From assembly GCA_001275005.1 (NCBI GenBank), contig JWZX01002081.1, forward strand, positions 1 to 45,239: a stretch of 45,239 bases of DNA, written 5' to 3'. The stretch is from Chrysochromulina tobinii (lineage: Eukaryota). The first letter of the stretch is position 1, and each line of letters starts with the position of its first letter. The position numbers and the translations under genes were made by a program. Below are positions 10,420-20,500 of this stretch, piece after piece. A model generated the notes under the pieces. That model did not search any database. It saw only the letters and a list, made by a program, of their open reading frames with translations, and was not told the origin of the DNA.

Positions 10420-11322
10420 ATGCTCGCGTCCTTATCTACGTGGCTGGCCGCGCAGTCAATAAGCCTGGATCGCGTCGAAGTGGTGCCTTCGCTCACGGGC
10501 ACGGGTCTATCCGCTCGCTCTCTTGTTGGAGCTCAGGCTGGCGATACTATCTTGGAGCTCCGTCATGGGGCGTGCTTGACGGCAAGGGTGGCATATGCGG
10601 ACCGAGAGTTTGGTCGGGACCTTCAGCTGCTTGCCGATCGCGTCGGACCTGGCTTCGGATCGGTCGCCCTCGCTGCGTTCCTAGCAGCCGAACGTGTGCG
10701 CGACTTCAAGGCCGAATCGTGGTACGCTGGCAGTGCCGCGGAACAGCTCGGTTCTGCTGCTCTGAGCCGGGAGTCTGCGTGGAGCCCGGTCACGCGTGCC
10801 TACTGGGACATGCCCTCCGCGGCTCTGGACTCGGATCTGATACCACTCGTCCGTCAAGGCATTCAGCTCGTGCTCCCTCAGGTCGAGCTGGCGGCGCGGC
10901 GCGCGTGGGTGCCCGGTGCTGCACAAGCAAATGTCGCAAGTCGCAAGCAGACTTGGAGCCGTGATGAGCTCACCGGCGTGCTGGGTGACGCATTCGCGCG
11001 TGTCCTGGCGCATCAGTGGCCAACTCCGCCACCAACGCTACCCTCCCTGGCCGTAGCTGCGGAGCCAAATGCCGTTGCAAGCTTGGAGGATGAGCCTGCG
11101 CAACGATGGGGCTACAGCGACGATGCGCCAGAAGGTCCAGCGCTGCTCCCGCCGTTGCAGGGCCTTCTGTGCCGGGGCGATGACCATGCTGATCGTGGCA
11201 ATATCATCCTCGGTGTCCCGCCTCAGCCGCGCGCAGGGAGTCGAGCCTCGGACGTGAGTGTACGCTGTATCGCGACGCGACGAATTGAGCGTGGCGACCT
11301 TTTGATCATAAGCAGACCGTGA
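10420..11322 (+). CDS. SET-domain-like protein (Rubisco LSMT/SETD3-type fold), apparently degenerate
   Basis: LSTWLAAQSI...GTGLSA...AGDTILELRHGACLT at the N-terminus and VRCIATRRIERGDLLIIS at the C-terminus resemble SET-N and SET-C. The NH motif and terminal YG are absent. Confidence 0.55.
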   Translation: MLASLSTWLAAQSISLDRVEVVPSLTGTGLSARSLVGAQAGDTILELRHGACLTARVAYADREFGRDLQLLADRVGPGFGSVALAAFLAAERVRDFKAESWYAGSAAEQLGSAALSRESAWSPVTRAYWDMPSAALDSDLIPLVRQGIQLVLPQVELAARRAWVPGAAQANVASRKQTWSRDELTGVLGDAFARVLAHQWPTPPPTLPSLAVAAEPNAVASLEDEPAQRWGYSDDAPEGPALLPPLQGLLCRGDDHADRGNIILGVPPQPRAGSRASDVSVRCIATRRIERGDLLIISRP

Positions 11323-11450
11323 AAGGTATTTCCGAATTAACAAAAGTCGTGACACGTGAGCTCCGTTTGCAACAGTTGCAAACTTCCGGTACTGTTCCAA
11401 GAATTTTGACGAAGTCGCGAAATCGGCTCATCATTCTCGTATCACATGAG

Positions 11451-12224
11451 ATGAGGCTGCTGCTGCTCGCAGTCGTCGCAGTCGCCGTAACGGTAGCAGT
11501 GCCCACAACACCACCGCCACTCGTCAGTGACTTGCGGCTCCGATTACGGAACAGCCGATTGGAGAGGGCTGCGCCGCCGCTAGTCGCGACAAGTGCGACT
11601 CTCTACGTTCCCGAGGATTGGGAGATGCACGATTTTTTCAACCTCGCTGCCTTACCACCAGCGGTTGCACTGACTCTGGCATCACTGGCCACCAAACGCG
11701 CGGATGTACGTCAAGCACTTGCATTCTACATGGTGGGCTACATCGTGGTTGATGCCCTTTGGATTGCTAACCAGCCATCGGTAGTCAAGGCGCCGGCCAC
11801 TCTGCAGGCTCATCACGCGGTCACGTTGCTCCTCTTGCTGCATCCGCTCACTCACGCACCGCATCTCAAATACGTGGCGATGATGACGATCGTCGAGTTG
11901 AACACATTTCTGCTCATCTTGCGGCGTCACATTGCGCGTGGCAATCAGGTTGTCGAGACTACCTTTGCTTTCACGTGGCTCGCCATCCGTGCCGTGTGGT
12001 TCCCGATACTGGCAGTGCACCTCGCATGTTGCGCCACCGATTGGGGCAGCACTGCTCGTTACGTGATCGTGAGCACGAGCGTGCTCGCGCTAGCAGCGCT
12101 GCAGCTTCATTGGACGGCCCAAGTGGTCGGCCGGAGCGCGCTTTGGCAGCGCTGGAGGCAGCGGGAGCGGGCCGTAGGTGGTAAGGAGGCGGTTGAGGAG
12201 AGGCGCAGGGTTGTTTTCTTGTGA
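11451..12224 (+). CDS. TLC (TRAM/LAG1/CLN8) domain membrane protein with signal peptide
   Basis: Signal MRLLLLAVVAVAVTVA. Motifs YIVVD, AHHAVTLLL, VELNTFLLILRR and FTWLAIR..WFP, with multiple TM helices. Confidence 0.75.
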   Translation: MRLLLLAVVAVAVTVAVPTTPPPLVSDLRLRLRNSRLERAAPPLVATSATLYVPEDWEMHDFFNLAALPPAVALTLASLATKRADVRQALAFYMVGYIVVDALWIANQPSVVKAPATLQAHHAVTLLLLLHPLTHAPHLKYVAMMTIVELNTFLLILRRHIARGNQVVETTFAFTWLAIRAVWFPILAVHLACCATDWGSTARYVIVSTSVLALAALQLHWTAQVVGRSALWQRWRQRERAVGGKEAVEERRRVVFL

Positions 12225-12280
12225 GAGTCCTTTTGATGTTTTTGATATTCACATGAAACAGAAAAAAACCGCCCAGAAAA

Positions 12281-13786
12281 ATGCCTCGACACCGGCGCCC
12301 CGTCTCTCCCGTATCCGGTGCGTCTGTGCCGATCTTGCATCCCGACACTCGCGCTGCACTCTACCGAATTGTCTGCGCTTCATGCAAAGAGCTCCCGAGC
12401 GCCACCACGCTCTACAACATGCTCGTGGCCTCTGGGGCCGAGGGAGTGAGCCGTGCTGCAGTGGAGGCGGCGCTGCTCGATCTGAACGCGATGGCGACAC
12501 ATCGAATTCCTCGGCACACGGAGCACATCGTGGCCGCATGCGTGCGCAAGCTGCGCGCGGCAGGCGATGGCGGCCATGCCGACCTGGATAAGACTGCGGA
12601 CCTGCGCGCTTCCTTCGTGCCGGTCCGCAGTCCTAAAGGCTGCGACTTGCATGGCGCGCCAGAATGGGTGCTGCCTCCCGAGAATCTGCAGTGGGCGTCG
12701 GCCGAGGCGCGCTCCGACTATCAATCGCGCGAGTCCCGATGTCGGGTGCTCTTCTTGCATGGCGGCGGGTACGCCTACTACTCGCCCTCGGATGTTTACC
12801 GTCCACTGACGTCGCGCCTGGCACTCGCCACGGAGATGCCGCTGCTGGCCGTCGACTACCGGCTCTGCCCGGCCAACCCGTTCCCTGCCGCACTGCACGA
12901 CGCGCTCGTCGCGCTCGCATGGCTTTGGGAGCACGGGCCACCCATCGGCGGCGTGGCGGGCGGCACGTGGCGTCGCTGCGCTGCGGATGCGGTGTATGTG
13001 GTTGGCGACTCGGCGGGCGGCGGCCTCGCGCTCTGCATGATCTCCGCGCTAGCGCTTGGCGAGCTGGCGCCGGGTGTACCACTGCCCGTGGTGCCGCGTC
13101 CGCCGACGGCCCTCGCGCTGATCTCACCGTGGACTGATCTATCGGCGTCCCTGCCGTCGTATAGCACCCGTGCATGGTGCGAGAAGGCCATGCGCGGCGA
13201 TTGCATCTTCTCCGACGGGGGCGATCTGGCGTCCGAGATTGAGAGCACGGTGAGGTGCTCGATGAAGTACGCCCCGCGTGAGCTGCTTCAAGACCCTCGG
13301 GTGTCGCCAGTCTTCCTGCCGCTCCCGCTCCTGCGCGTATGGCTTCCGCCCACGCTCCTCGTCGTGGGCGACGCCGAGGTGATGCTCGGCGACGCGACCG
13401 AGCTTGCGGCGCGCGCGCTCGAGGCGAGCTGTGCGGCACCCGTGCGCCTGCGCATCTACCCACGCATGTGGCACGTCTTCCCCATGTACACAGAAGCGTG
13501 TGGCCAGAGCGACGCGGGCGCAACTCCCGGAGCTGGGCTGCCGCACAGCTGGCAGGCTCTCGACGATGTGCGTGACTGGCTGCGGCGAGGGGCGCATGGG
13601 CCGCGTCGCAGGAACTTCGCGCAAACTGCGCGTGCTCGGCTCCCGGCGCTTTGTGGTGCCCTGGTCTTGGCGACGGCTGCGGCGTTCTCATGGTACGTTG
13701 CGAACGAACATGAGCGAGACGGGCGGTGCGGGTGGAAGCTGGAAGGGCGGCGCTGTGTGCCGTTGAGTTCAGGGAAAGGGATTTAA
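12281..13786 (+). CDS. Alpha/beta hydrolase, HSL / GDXG lipase-esterase family, with C-terminal TM helix
   Basis: LFLHGGGY oxyanion motif, VDYRLCPANPFPAALHD, GDSAGGGL nucleophile, ISPWTDL, and MWHVF catalytic His. Hydrophobic LCGALVLATAAAFSWYVA near the C-terminus. Confidence 0.92.
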   Translation: MPRHRRPVSPVSGASVPILHPDTRAALYRIVCASCKELPSATTLYNMLVASGAEGVSRAAVEAALLDLNAMATHRIPRHTEHIVAACVRKLRAAGDGGHADLDKTADLRASFVPVRSPKGCDLHGAPEWVLPPENLQWASAEARSDYQSRESRCRVLFLHGGGYAYYSPSDVYRPLTSRLALATEMPLLAVDYRLCPANPFPAALHDALVALAWLWEHGPPIGGVAGGTWRRCAADAVYVVGDSAGGGLALCMISALALGELAPGVPLPVVPRPPTALALISPWTDLSASLPSYSTRAWCEKAMRGDCIFSDGGDLASEIESTVRCSMKYAPRELLQDPRVSPVFLPLPLLRVWLPPTLLVVGDAEVMLGDATELAARALEASCAAPVRLRIYPRMWHVFPMYTEACGQSDAGATPGAGLPHSWQALDDVRDWLRRGAHGPRRRNFAQTARARLPALCGALVLATAAAFSWYVANEHERDGRCGWKLEGRRCVPLSSGKGI

Positions 13787-14195
13787 CCATCTGATGATTG
13801 TCCTTCGAATGAAGATCATTCAAAATAACCGATGTTACGCCGTAATACCTTCAATTACAACTTTTGTGTACCCGCTCGCCGCTCTGTACCTAACCGCGGT
13901 TTAACCGTCTGAGCTTAGCCCTAATTTCTGAACCCTGTTCACCGGATAGCGTGAAAACGCGAAAAGAGCAGCCCTGAGTCTGGCAGCTCTCTTGCAGTCG
14001 CGAGGAGGGTCTCAGTCTCGGGAGTCGGGTCCGGACTGGAGGCCCATGCCCAGGCGGGCAGATGAGTATCTCGATTCGGCTCATTCTGCAGACCCGCTCA
14101 TGTCTCTTCACCAGCCTCGAGAAGTATAACACTCGTCTCTCGAGAGCCACACCGCGAGGAAAACGAGCGCGGCTCGTCGGCTCGACTGGCTCCGA

Positions 14196-15077
14196 TCACA
14201 TGTTGCCCGTGTGCCCGTCGCATGGCCCGCGGCCTAGTTCCTGCTCGAGATCGGGGAGAACAATGTGCAGGTTGCGCCATGTGTATGACGTGTCGTACGT
14301 GACCATCCCGATTCGGCCGCGCGAGGGCATCGACACGTTTGGTTCAAGGTAGCACTTATCGATGTCATGGCCGTCAATCGAGTAGGCCGCGTGGCTCTGA
14401 GAGAGGTGAACGCACACCAATTGCCAGACGCCGTGGCGCAACCGGTAAGGCGTCCGGGTAGATGCGCTCGGCACGCCTAGCGGGTTGTTGAGGTCGTCGA
14501 GCATCATGTCGTCGTGGAAGTCGAACATGCGCACGCGGAACGTGAAGTCGTGCCGGTGCGGCGCCGCGTACCACGTGAGCGCGTCCTCACCGCCCTGGCC
14601 ATCCGTCCAGCGCGTGAGCGTCTGGGAGAAGGCGCCGATCACTTCCGAATTGTGGCTGTCGGCACGCACCTCGTACCAGACGGTGACTGGTTTGGTGGGG
14701 TGCAGCGATATGTCCTCCGGAATCCAAGTGTTCGTCCCAGCCGTCACCGCGTGCTCGGGGCGGGGCACATGCAGTTCGCTGTCGGTCGCCGTGCTCGAGC
14801 GTGCGGGGTTCACAAGCACGACTCGTGGAGCGGCAAAGGGTGCGGCACCGAAGCGGCGGCACACGCTGCGCAAGCACTGCACCCATTGCGCGTAAGCGAT
14901 CACCGCACTCGCCTGGCGGTGAGGGTGGTGCATAAGCCCTGGAAGGTCGGCATTGTAAAGGGTCAGCCCGGGTGCAAGCGGAGCGGCGTGTTGTAAGATG
15001 AGGCAGAGGAGCTCCAGGGGGAGTTCGACTAGCTCGCGTGTGCGTTCGGGCGGCGGCGGAGGGAGGAGCGCGCTCAT
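14196..15077 (-). CDS. F-box-like protein with beta-rich C-terminal domain
   Basis: LVELPLELLCLILQHA resembles an F-box start. The C-terminus (WQLVCVHL...YSIDG...GRIGMV...WRNLHI) is reminiscent of a ConA/LamG-like beta-sandwich. ATG at 15077. Confidence 0.6.
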   Translation of the reverse strand: MSALLPPPPPERTRELVELPLELLCLILQHAAPLAPGLTLYNADLPGLMHHPHRQASAVIAYAQWVQCLRSVCRRFGAAPFAAPRVVLVNPARSSTATDSELHVPRPEHAVTAGTNTWIPEDISLHPTKPVTVWYEVRADSHNSEVIGAFSQTLTRWTDGQGGEDALTWYAAPHRHDFTFRVRMFDFHDDMMLDDLNNPLGVPSASTRTPYRLRHGVWQLVCVHLSQSHAAYSIDGHDIDKCYLEPNVSMPSRGRIGMVTYDTSYTWRNLHIVLPDLEQELGRGPCDGHTGNM

Positions 15078-15305
15078 ACGCGGCACCGTCGGTCGGACAC
15101 GCGGTTTTGAAGCGGCAGCTCTCATTCACAACATTTCACAACTCAAGTCTGCAACTCAAGTCGAGCATGGTCGAGTTGATCCATCCATGTCCATCCCGAT
15201 TTCCCGTGAAAGCGGCGGCGCCGCCTTGATACACGGTCATTTTGATGAGCTGCTCCTCATGGGGGCATTGTGCTCCAGACGAGCCCGCGCTTCTGTGCGG
15301 ACAAG

Positions 15306-15358
15306 TGAACGTTAACACGACAGACGCGACAGCCGGTGTTACGGCACTGTTACTGCCC
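15306..15358. repeat. Dispersed element copy 2 (similar to 6478-6528)
   Basis: GTGAACGTTAACACGACAGACGCGACAGCCGGTGTTACGGCACTGTTACTGCCC aligns with GTGAACGTTCACAACAGACGCGAAACCGGTGCTGCAGCACTGTTACTGCCC. Confidence 0.65.
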
Positions 15359-15498
15359 GCTCAGAATACACACACCTTACATGACCCCAAACGAGACACG
15401 GAGCATGCGCGCGCTGGCGGCGTTGAGGATGGTCTGGGCGTCGGCGGTTTGGATGGCGGTGGAGACAAGTATGGATTGGCGACCGTCATTTTGAATTC

Positions 15499-15549
15499 TT
15501 GACTTGACTTGACTTGAGTCGACTTGACTTGACTTGACTTGACTTGACT
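15499..15549 (+). repeat. (TTGAC)n pentanucleotide microsatellite, ~10 units
   Basis: Directly visible, with one internal variant (TTGAG TCGAC). Confidence 0.95.
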
Positions 15550-15621
15550 CAACTCGACCGGCGCCGAAAGGGACCTTCCAGCTCGGAACTACAGGCAGCA
15601 ACGCGCCTCCACCTCTCGCCC

Positions 15622-17142
15622 ATGGCGCCCTGCACGCTAAGCCCGAGAGCTGCGTCCTACATTGATGGCGTCTGGAACGAGGTGAGCAGCAAGCCAATAT
15701 ACAATCTCCGCAATGAAAATGGAACCCATGAGCAGTTAGCTGGATGGTGTGCGTGCCATGATGCACAGAGGGCGAGACTTAGGCCGCGTCGCGACAACGT
15801 GACAAGACGGTACGAGTGGACACCACACAATTGCACTCTGCGCTCGCTAGAACAATCAGTGGAGGCGACTTGCGCCAAACTTAAGGGCCGCCGCGTCTCA
15901 TTTATTGGCGACAGCGTCTGTCAACAGCAATTTGTCAGCGTAATCCATCTCCTTGGGGGCAACATCAACGCACGCAGCACGCTATCGTCGGTGCACGAAC
16001 ATGAGGTGCGTGCGTGCAACAGCACCGTTGCGCTACGTTCCATCCGAACCGATCTTTTGCTTTGGGAGGCGTCGCGCCGTATGGTTGAGGATGCGGGCCA
16101 TTTCCGCTTTTATCCGATACTTTCCAGCTTCAACTCTGCAGCTATCAAGTCCGATGTTGTACTCCTGTGCGTCGGCCAGCACTATGCCAACACAGCCAAC
16201 CCCTTTTACGATGGGGTCCGAGACAGTTGGGGAAAGAATACACAGTTCGGGTCTCAGGGGCTGACTTGGCACACTGTCTTTCAGCAGAGCCTCAATGCCA
16301 CGCTCAGTTCGATGCTTGCGTCTCGACGATTACTTGGTTTTCCTCGCAGCTCCGTCGTCCTCATGTCGACGACGAAGCCAGTGCCTAGATGCTGGGAGTA
16401 CGACGAGCCAATTGGCTCAGCGGCAGAGATTCGGCGCTGGCCACACGACGACAGAGTGTATCCGAGCAATAAAAGTCATTTTGCGTTGCAGTGGGAAGGA
16501 TGGCACCGCCATCGTGAGACCGCGCGGAGAGTCGCAGCCAGGACCGGCGTCGCCTTCTTGGACATGTTCCCTTTGGCCGGCAAGCGCCCCGATGCCACCA
16601 TCGGACGGCACTATCTGCCTCCCCTTCGAAAAATTGGCAATCGTACTGTCGAGTGGGGAGGGGTGATGGCAGAAGGGGACTGCGTGCACTTCTGCCTCCC
16701 TGGCCCACCGGACACGTGGAGCCGATTGCTCTTCAACCATGTCCTTGATGAACTCGATTGGCGCTCCCAATCTCCATCGCAATCTCGAATGCAATCAGGA
16801 GCATGGCTCGAGTATCCATCGTCTTACATCATGGGAGCACGTAAACATCTGAACGCTGCCGAGAAGTTGCAGACTCCGTGGTGGTGGCCCTACAGGACTG
16901 CTTTGTATACAGTGCGGGGACTGCAAACACAACTGAAAATACTCAACAAGACGTGGTGCAAGGCAAAAGAGCAACTGCATGCCATGAATGCAAGCGAGGC
17001 CACAAAGCAAGATCTCAAGATGCGCATCCAGAGTTTCACAACCAAGCAAATTGCACTACAATCACAGCTGGAGCTCCTGAAAAAGGTCGCAACAGACTCG
17101 CCATGGCCACCCCTAGAGCGAACTCGCCATGGCCACCCCTAG
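15622..17142 (+). CDS. Trichome-birefringence-like (TBL / PC-esterase) polysaccharide O-acetyltransferase/esterase
   Basis: YEWTPHNCTL, LKGRRVSFIGDS (GDS motif) and DCVHFCLPGPPDTW (DxxH motif). First ATG at 15622; the true N-terminus is uncertain because no TM anchor is seen. Confidence 0.88.
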   Translation: MAPCTLSPRAASYIDGVWNEVSSKPIYNLRNENGTHEQLAGWCACHDAQRARLRPRRDNVTRRYEWTPHNCTLRSLEQSVEATCAKLKGRRVSFIGDSVCQQQFVSVIHLLGGNINARSTLSSVHEHEVRACNSTVALRSIRTDLLLWEASRRMVEDAGHFRFYPILSSFNSAAIKSDVVLLCVGQHYANTANPFYDGVRDSWGKNTQFGSQGLTWHTVFQQSLNATLSSMLASRRLLGFPRSSVVLMSTTKPVPRCWEYDEPIGSAAEIRRWPHDDRVYPSNKSHFALQWEGWHRHRETARRVAARTGVAFLDMFPLAGKRPDATIGRHYLPPLRKIGNRTVEWGGVMAEGDCVHFCLPGPPDTWSRLLFNHVLDELDWRSQSPSQSRMQSGAWLEYPSSYIMGARKHLNAAEKLQTPWWWPYRTALYTVRGLQTQLKILNKTWCKAKEQLHAMNASEATKQDLKMRIQSFTTKQIALQSQLELLKKVATDSPWPPLERTRHGHP

Positions 17143-17147
17143 AGCGA
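17096..17147 (+). repeat. 26-bp perfect tandem duplication spanning the TBL stop codon
   Basis: ACTCGCCATGGCCACCCCTAGAGCGA x2; the in-frame TAG lies in the second copy. Confidence 0.9.
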
Positions 17148-17363
17148 ATCGACTCTGGCTGAGTTTCAAATCCGCTGCCATTGGCACTTCATGGCACTTC
17201 ATGGCAGAAGGGGACTGTGCACAAAACAAAATGGAATCCAGAGCCTTCGGCTCCCGGAACCCTTGCATCCCGCCTGAAGGGTCCAGCGTGTACAGACTAC
17301 AGTACTGTAGTCCTGGTCCTTCCCGGACGGGTTGAAAGTCGAAAGAGGTTCTTACCGGTAGTA

Positions 17364-17388
17364 CCCCCGGTGTCTTTTTACGGTACAA
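17364..17388. repeat. Dispersed 25-26 bp motif, inverted copy of 32720-32745
   Basis: CCCCCGGTGTCTTTTTAC-GGTACAA versus the reverse complement of TTGTACCGGTAAAAAGACACCGGGGG (one indel). Confidence 0.75.
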
Positions 17389-17404
17389 TTGTAGTATCTT
17401 AGAC

Positions 17405-17510
17405 GTAAAACCGGACACTCACTTTTGACTTGAAGTAAAACCGGACACTCACTTTTGACTTGACTTGACTTGACTTGACTTGACTTGACTTGACTTGACT
17501 TGACTTGACT
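17405..17510 (+). repeat. 30-bp tandem duplication running into an 11-unit (TTGAC)n microsatellite
   Basis: GTAAAACCGGACACTCACTTTTGACTTGA x2, then TTGAC repeats at 17455-17509. Confidence 0.95.
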
Positions 17511-17555
17511 GCTTTGGCGACAACTAGCACAACGACTTCGCCCGAAGATAAAACC

Positions 17556-20500
17556 ATGCGTCCGGGTATGGTTCCGACCGCCGAGCAGCGGGCACAACAG
17601 GGCTTGCCTCCGCCGCCGCCACCGCCAGGCTTTGTTCATATGGGTGACGCCGCGATGCCTGGAGCCGGCCCGCCCGCCGCAATGATGGCGCCGATGTACA
17701 ACGCATTGCCAGGTCCGATGATGCCATTGCATCCATTCATGCCCCCTGGAGGATGGCCGCACTTGCCAGCTGCAGACCCGCACATGTATCATCCATATCC
17801 AATGCAGCCACAGCAGATGCACAGGTTTACGAGGCCGTACACCGCTAGAGACTACGAGCGGGCTGAACAGATGCAGCAGCAGATGATGCAGCAGATGATG
17901 ATGCAGCAGATGATGCCGCAGATGCACATGCAAATGCCGCCTCACATACCAGGACCGCCGCCATCGCAAGCGGCGGAAATCCCGCCACTGATGCAGGCAT
18001 CCATGCGCCCGCCAGCTGCAGCTGCCGTCGAGCCACCGATGCAGGCGTCCATGCGCCCGCCCGCTGCAGCTGCCGTCGAGCCACCGCCGTTCCACACGCT
18101 CCTTGACCCGTCGGCGCTGCTCGACCACCTGATTCTGCAGGCGCTCGAGCTGCCGGCGGCGCCCTCCGCGGACGGCGCCAAGCTACGCGCCGAGTGCACG
18201 CATCCACACCTGGGCATCGAGCTCAGTCAGGCAGAGCTCTCGTTTAAGCCAGCTGTGCCTGGCGAGGTGCAGACCATCGAGCTGGCAGTGACGAACACGT
18301 CAAGCGTCGCAGTGCTGCTGAAGGCATGTCGGTTCATCGGTCCCTTACCGGTACACGACGCCGCCGCGCCACCCTTTCGGTGCGAGCGCCTCGGCGGCGA
18401 CGGCGGCGTCGGGGCATTGCTGCCGCCTCGCTCAGAGCACACGCTGACGATCACGGCCACCGCTCCTGATGAGCGTGGCCTGGTGCGCCAGTGGCTGTTC
18501 GTGCAGGTGGAGGCGATGGAGGCGTCTGAGCGCGCGGTCACTGTGCACCACTTCGTGCTCGGCGCCACGATTGTCCTGTACACCATCCACCCTGACACGA
18601 GGACGCTGCTCTCGGCCGAGGCGGCTCCCTTTTTCCCACACGAGCTGCGCGCCCTGTGGCGCTCCCAAGCCCTCTTCGGGAGCTCGGCGCCGCATGCGTT
18701 TGGCCACGTTCGCCGGCCCAAGCTGATGCGCGCCCAGATCGCCGACACAGAGGACACAGATGTGGCGATTTGGGCGGGCGGACCCTTAGGCACGGTGGCG
18801 CCGAAGACGGGTGGACGAAAAAGTCCACTTGAATCCCTGCCGGGATTACCGCCTCGAGATCTCGACGAGCAGAGCCCTCTGGCAGCACAGATCTGGTCCC
18901 AGCTGTCGGCTGAACATCAGCTCAAGTCGGAGGAGGTGGACTGTGCGCTCAAGTCGCTCCTGGCGCGCGCAGCGATTGCAAGCACGTCCACAGCTGCGCC
19001 CGTGACGGCGCCTATGAAGTTCTATAGCGTCCATAGCATGCAAGCACGCCTCCAGAGCGTTGGGCGCGAGGCTGTCGACGCTCTCGGGCTGCTGCTCGCG
19101 CGGCTCAGCCTCGCGCGCTTGCACACACGTCGGCTTGCCACGCTGCTGCGGCTCGAGGCGCGGCGGATGGCACAGGACTATGAGCGCATGGACGTCTTCT
19201 CTGTCGAGGTACGGACGAGGCTGGACCGGGGGAAGACATGGGACGAGAAAGTCACGTTCACTGTCGAGGTGCCAGGGCTACAGGAGCAGCATCCGCCCGT
19301 GCAGCAAGGCGACGAGCTGCGGTTTCGGCTTGCAGACTTCCCTTGCTACGAGCTCGGATTGCGCGTCGCCAACGTGGCGCAGCGTACAATGCTCGTGCTC
19401 CAGCCGTCCCTCACGCGCCAACAGATCGAGAATGAGGGCGAGAAGCTCCTCGCCGCCATAGCGCTCCATAAAATCAGTCCCTCCTTACTGCCCGCCAGCT
19501 TCGACCGCGCGAAGGCACGCAGCGCGCTCCAGAGCCTCAATCGTTCCCCGGCGAGCCGACTCGATCGCAGCGGGGAGCAGACGCTGTGCCATCTGCGCTT
19601 CTGCCTGAACACGACGATGACCGCGTTCATGGAGCTCACGATGCGTCGGCTCTTCGAGCACATAGGCGTCTTCCACACGCTCGCAAACCAGACGCTCCAG
19701 CTCACACGCCTTCTCCCCCCCTCCCATTCCGGCCTGAGCCTCCCCTTCCAAGGTGCACAGCTGCAAATCTCTCTTGGTGAACTCGCGCTGCAGCTGCCAT
19801 GTCGTATGCTAGGGCTCCTCCACGCGGCGTCCCCGTGCCTGGTCGCTCTCGGGCCGTTGGCTGCCGATGTGGACCCAAGCATTCTGAACTATGCTCTCGG
19901 TCCTGAGCTGGAGGAGGCTGAGGTCGGCGAGTTTGGCACCATCACACCCGAGGTCATCGAGGCGAGGCTGAGGCGAGCGTGGCCATCGGGGGCCAGCGGC
20001 GTGAGTGCGAGCCCGAAGCCCTCCGAGACTGAGCTTCATCTTGCCGCCATCTGGGCCAGCAGCGAGGTCCTCATCTGGCCGAGACCAGCTGGGGTCAAGT
20101 CTCCGCCCTCGGGGCCCCCTTATAGCTGGAACGAGTCTTGGCGTCGCATCCCCGAGTTGTATCTGCTCGCCGCCTGCGAGCATGCGATCCTCGTGAGCAC
20201 GAGGGTGGCGCGCACCTGGCGGAGCCGGCGCGGCATGCCAGCGTACGCGGCCTCACGCGCCACGCGGCTGCAGCCCCAGCTGAACGCCGAGCAATGGCAG
20301 GCCGTGACGGACGTCCTCGACGGCTCGCACCTGGGCGTGCCTTACCTTGTCTTCGGGCCCCCAGGCACGGGCAAGACGATGGTGGTCCTCGAGATGGTGG
20401 TGCAGACCCTCGTGCACCACCCGCGCCCGCGCCTGCTCGTCACTGCACCGTCCAATGCGGCGGCGGACGTACTCGCCATTCGGCTGCACGAAAAGCTTCC

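Noticed and set aside
15499..15549. TTGAC arrays as WRKY W-box clusters or telomeric repeats
   Set aside because: No support for WRKY regulation in this context, and the unit is not a TTAGGG-type telomere repeat. Treated as microsatellites.
15544..17555. ORF-track starts at 15544 and 17505 (also 78, 4806, 6517, 11319, 29797, 39426)
   Set aside because: These are TTG/GTG-type or repeat-derived starts. For a eukaryote the first plausible ATG was used instead.
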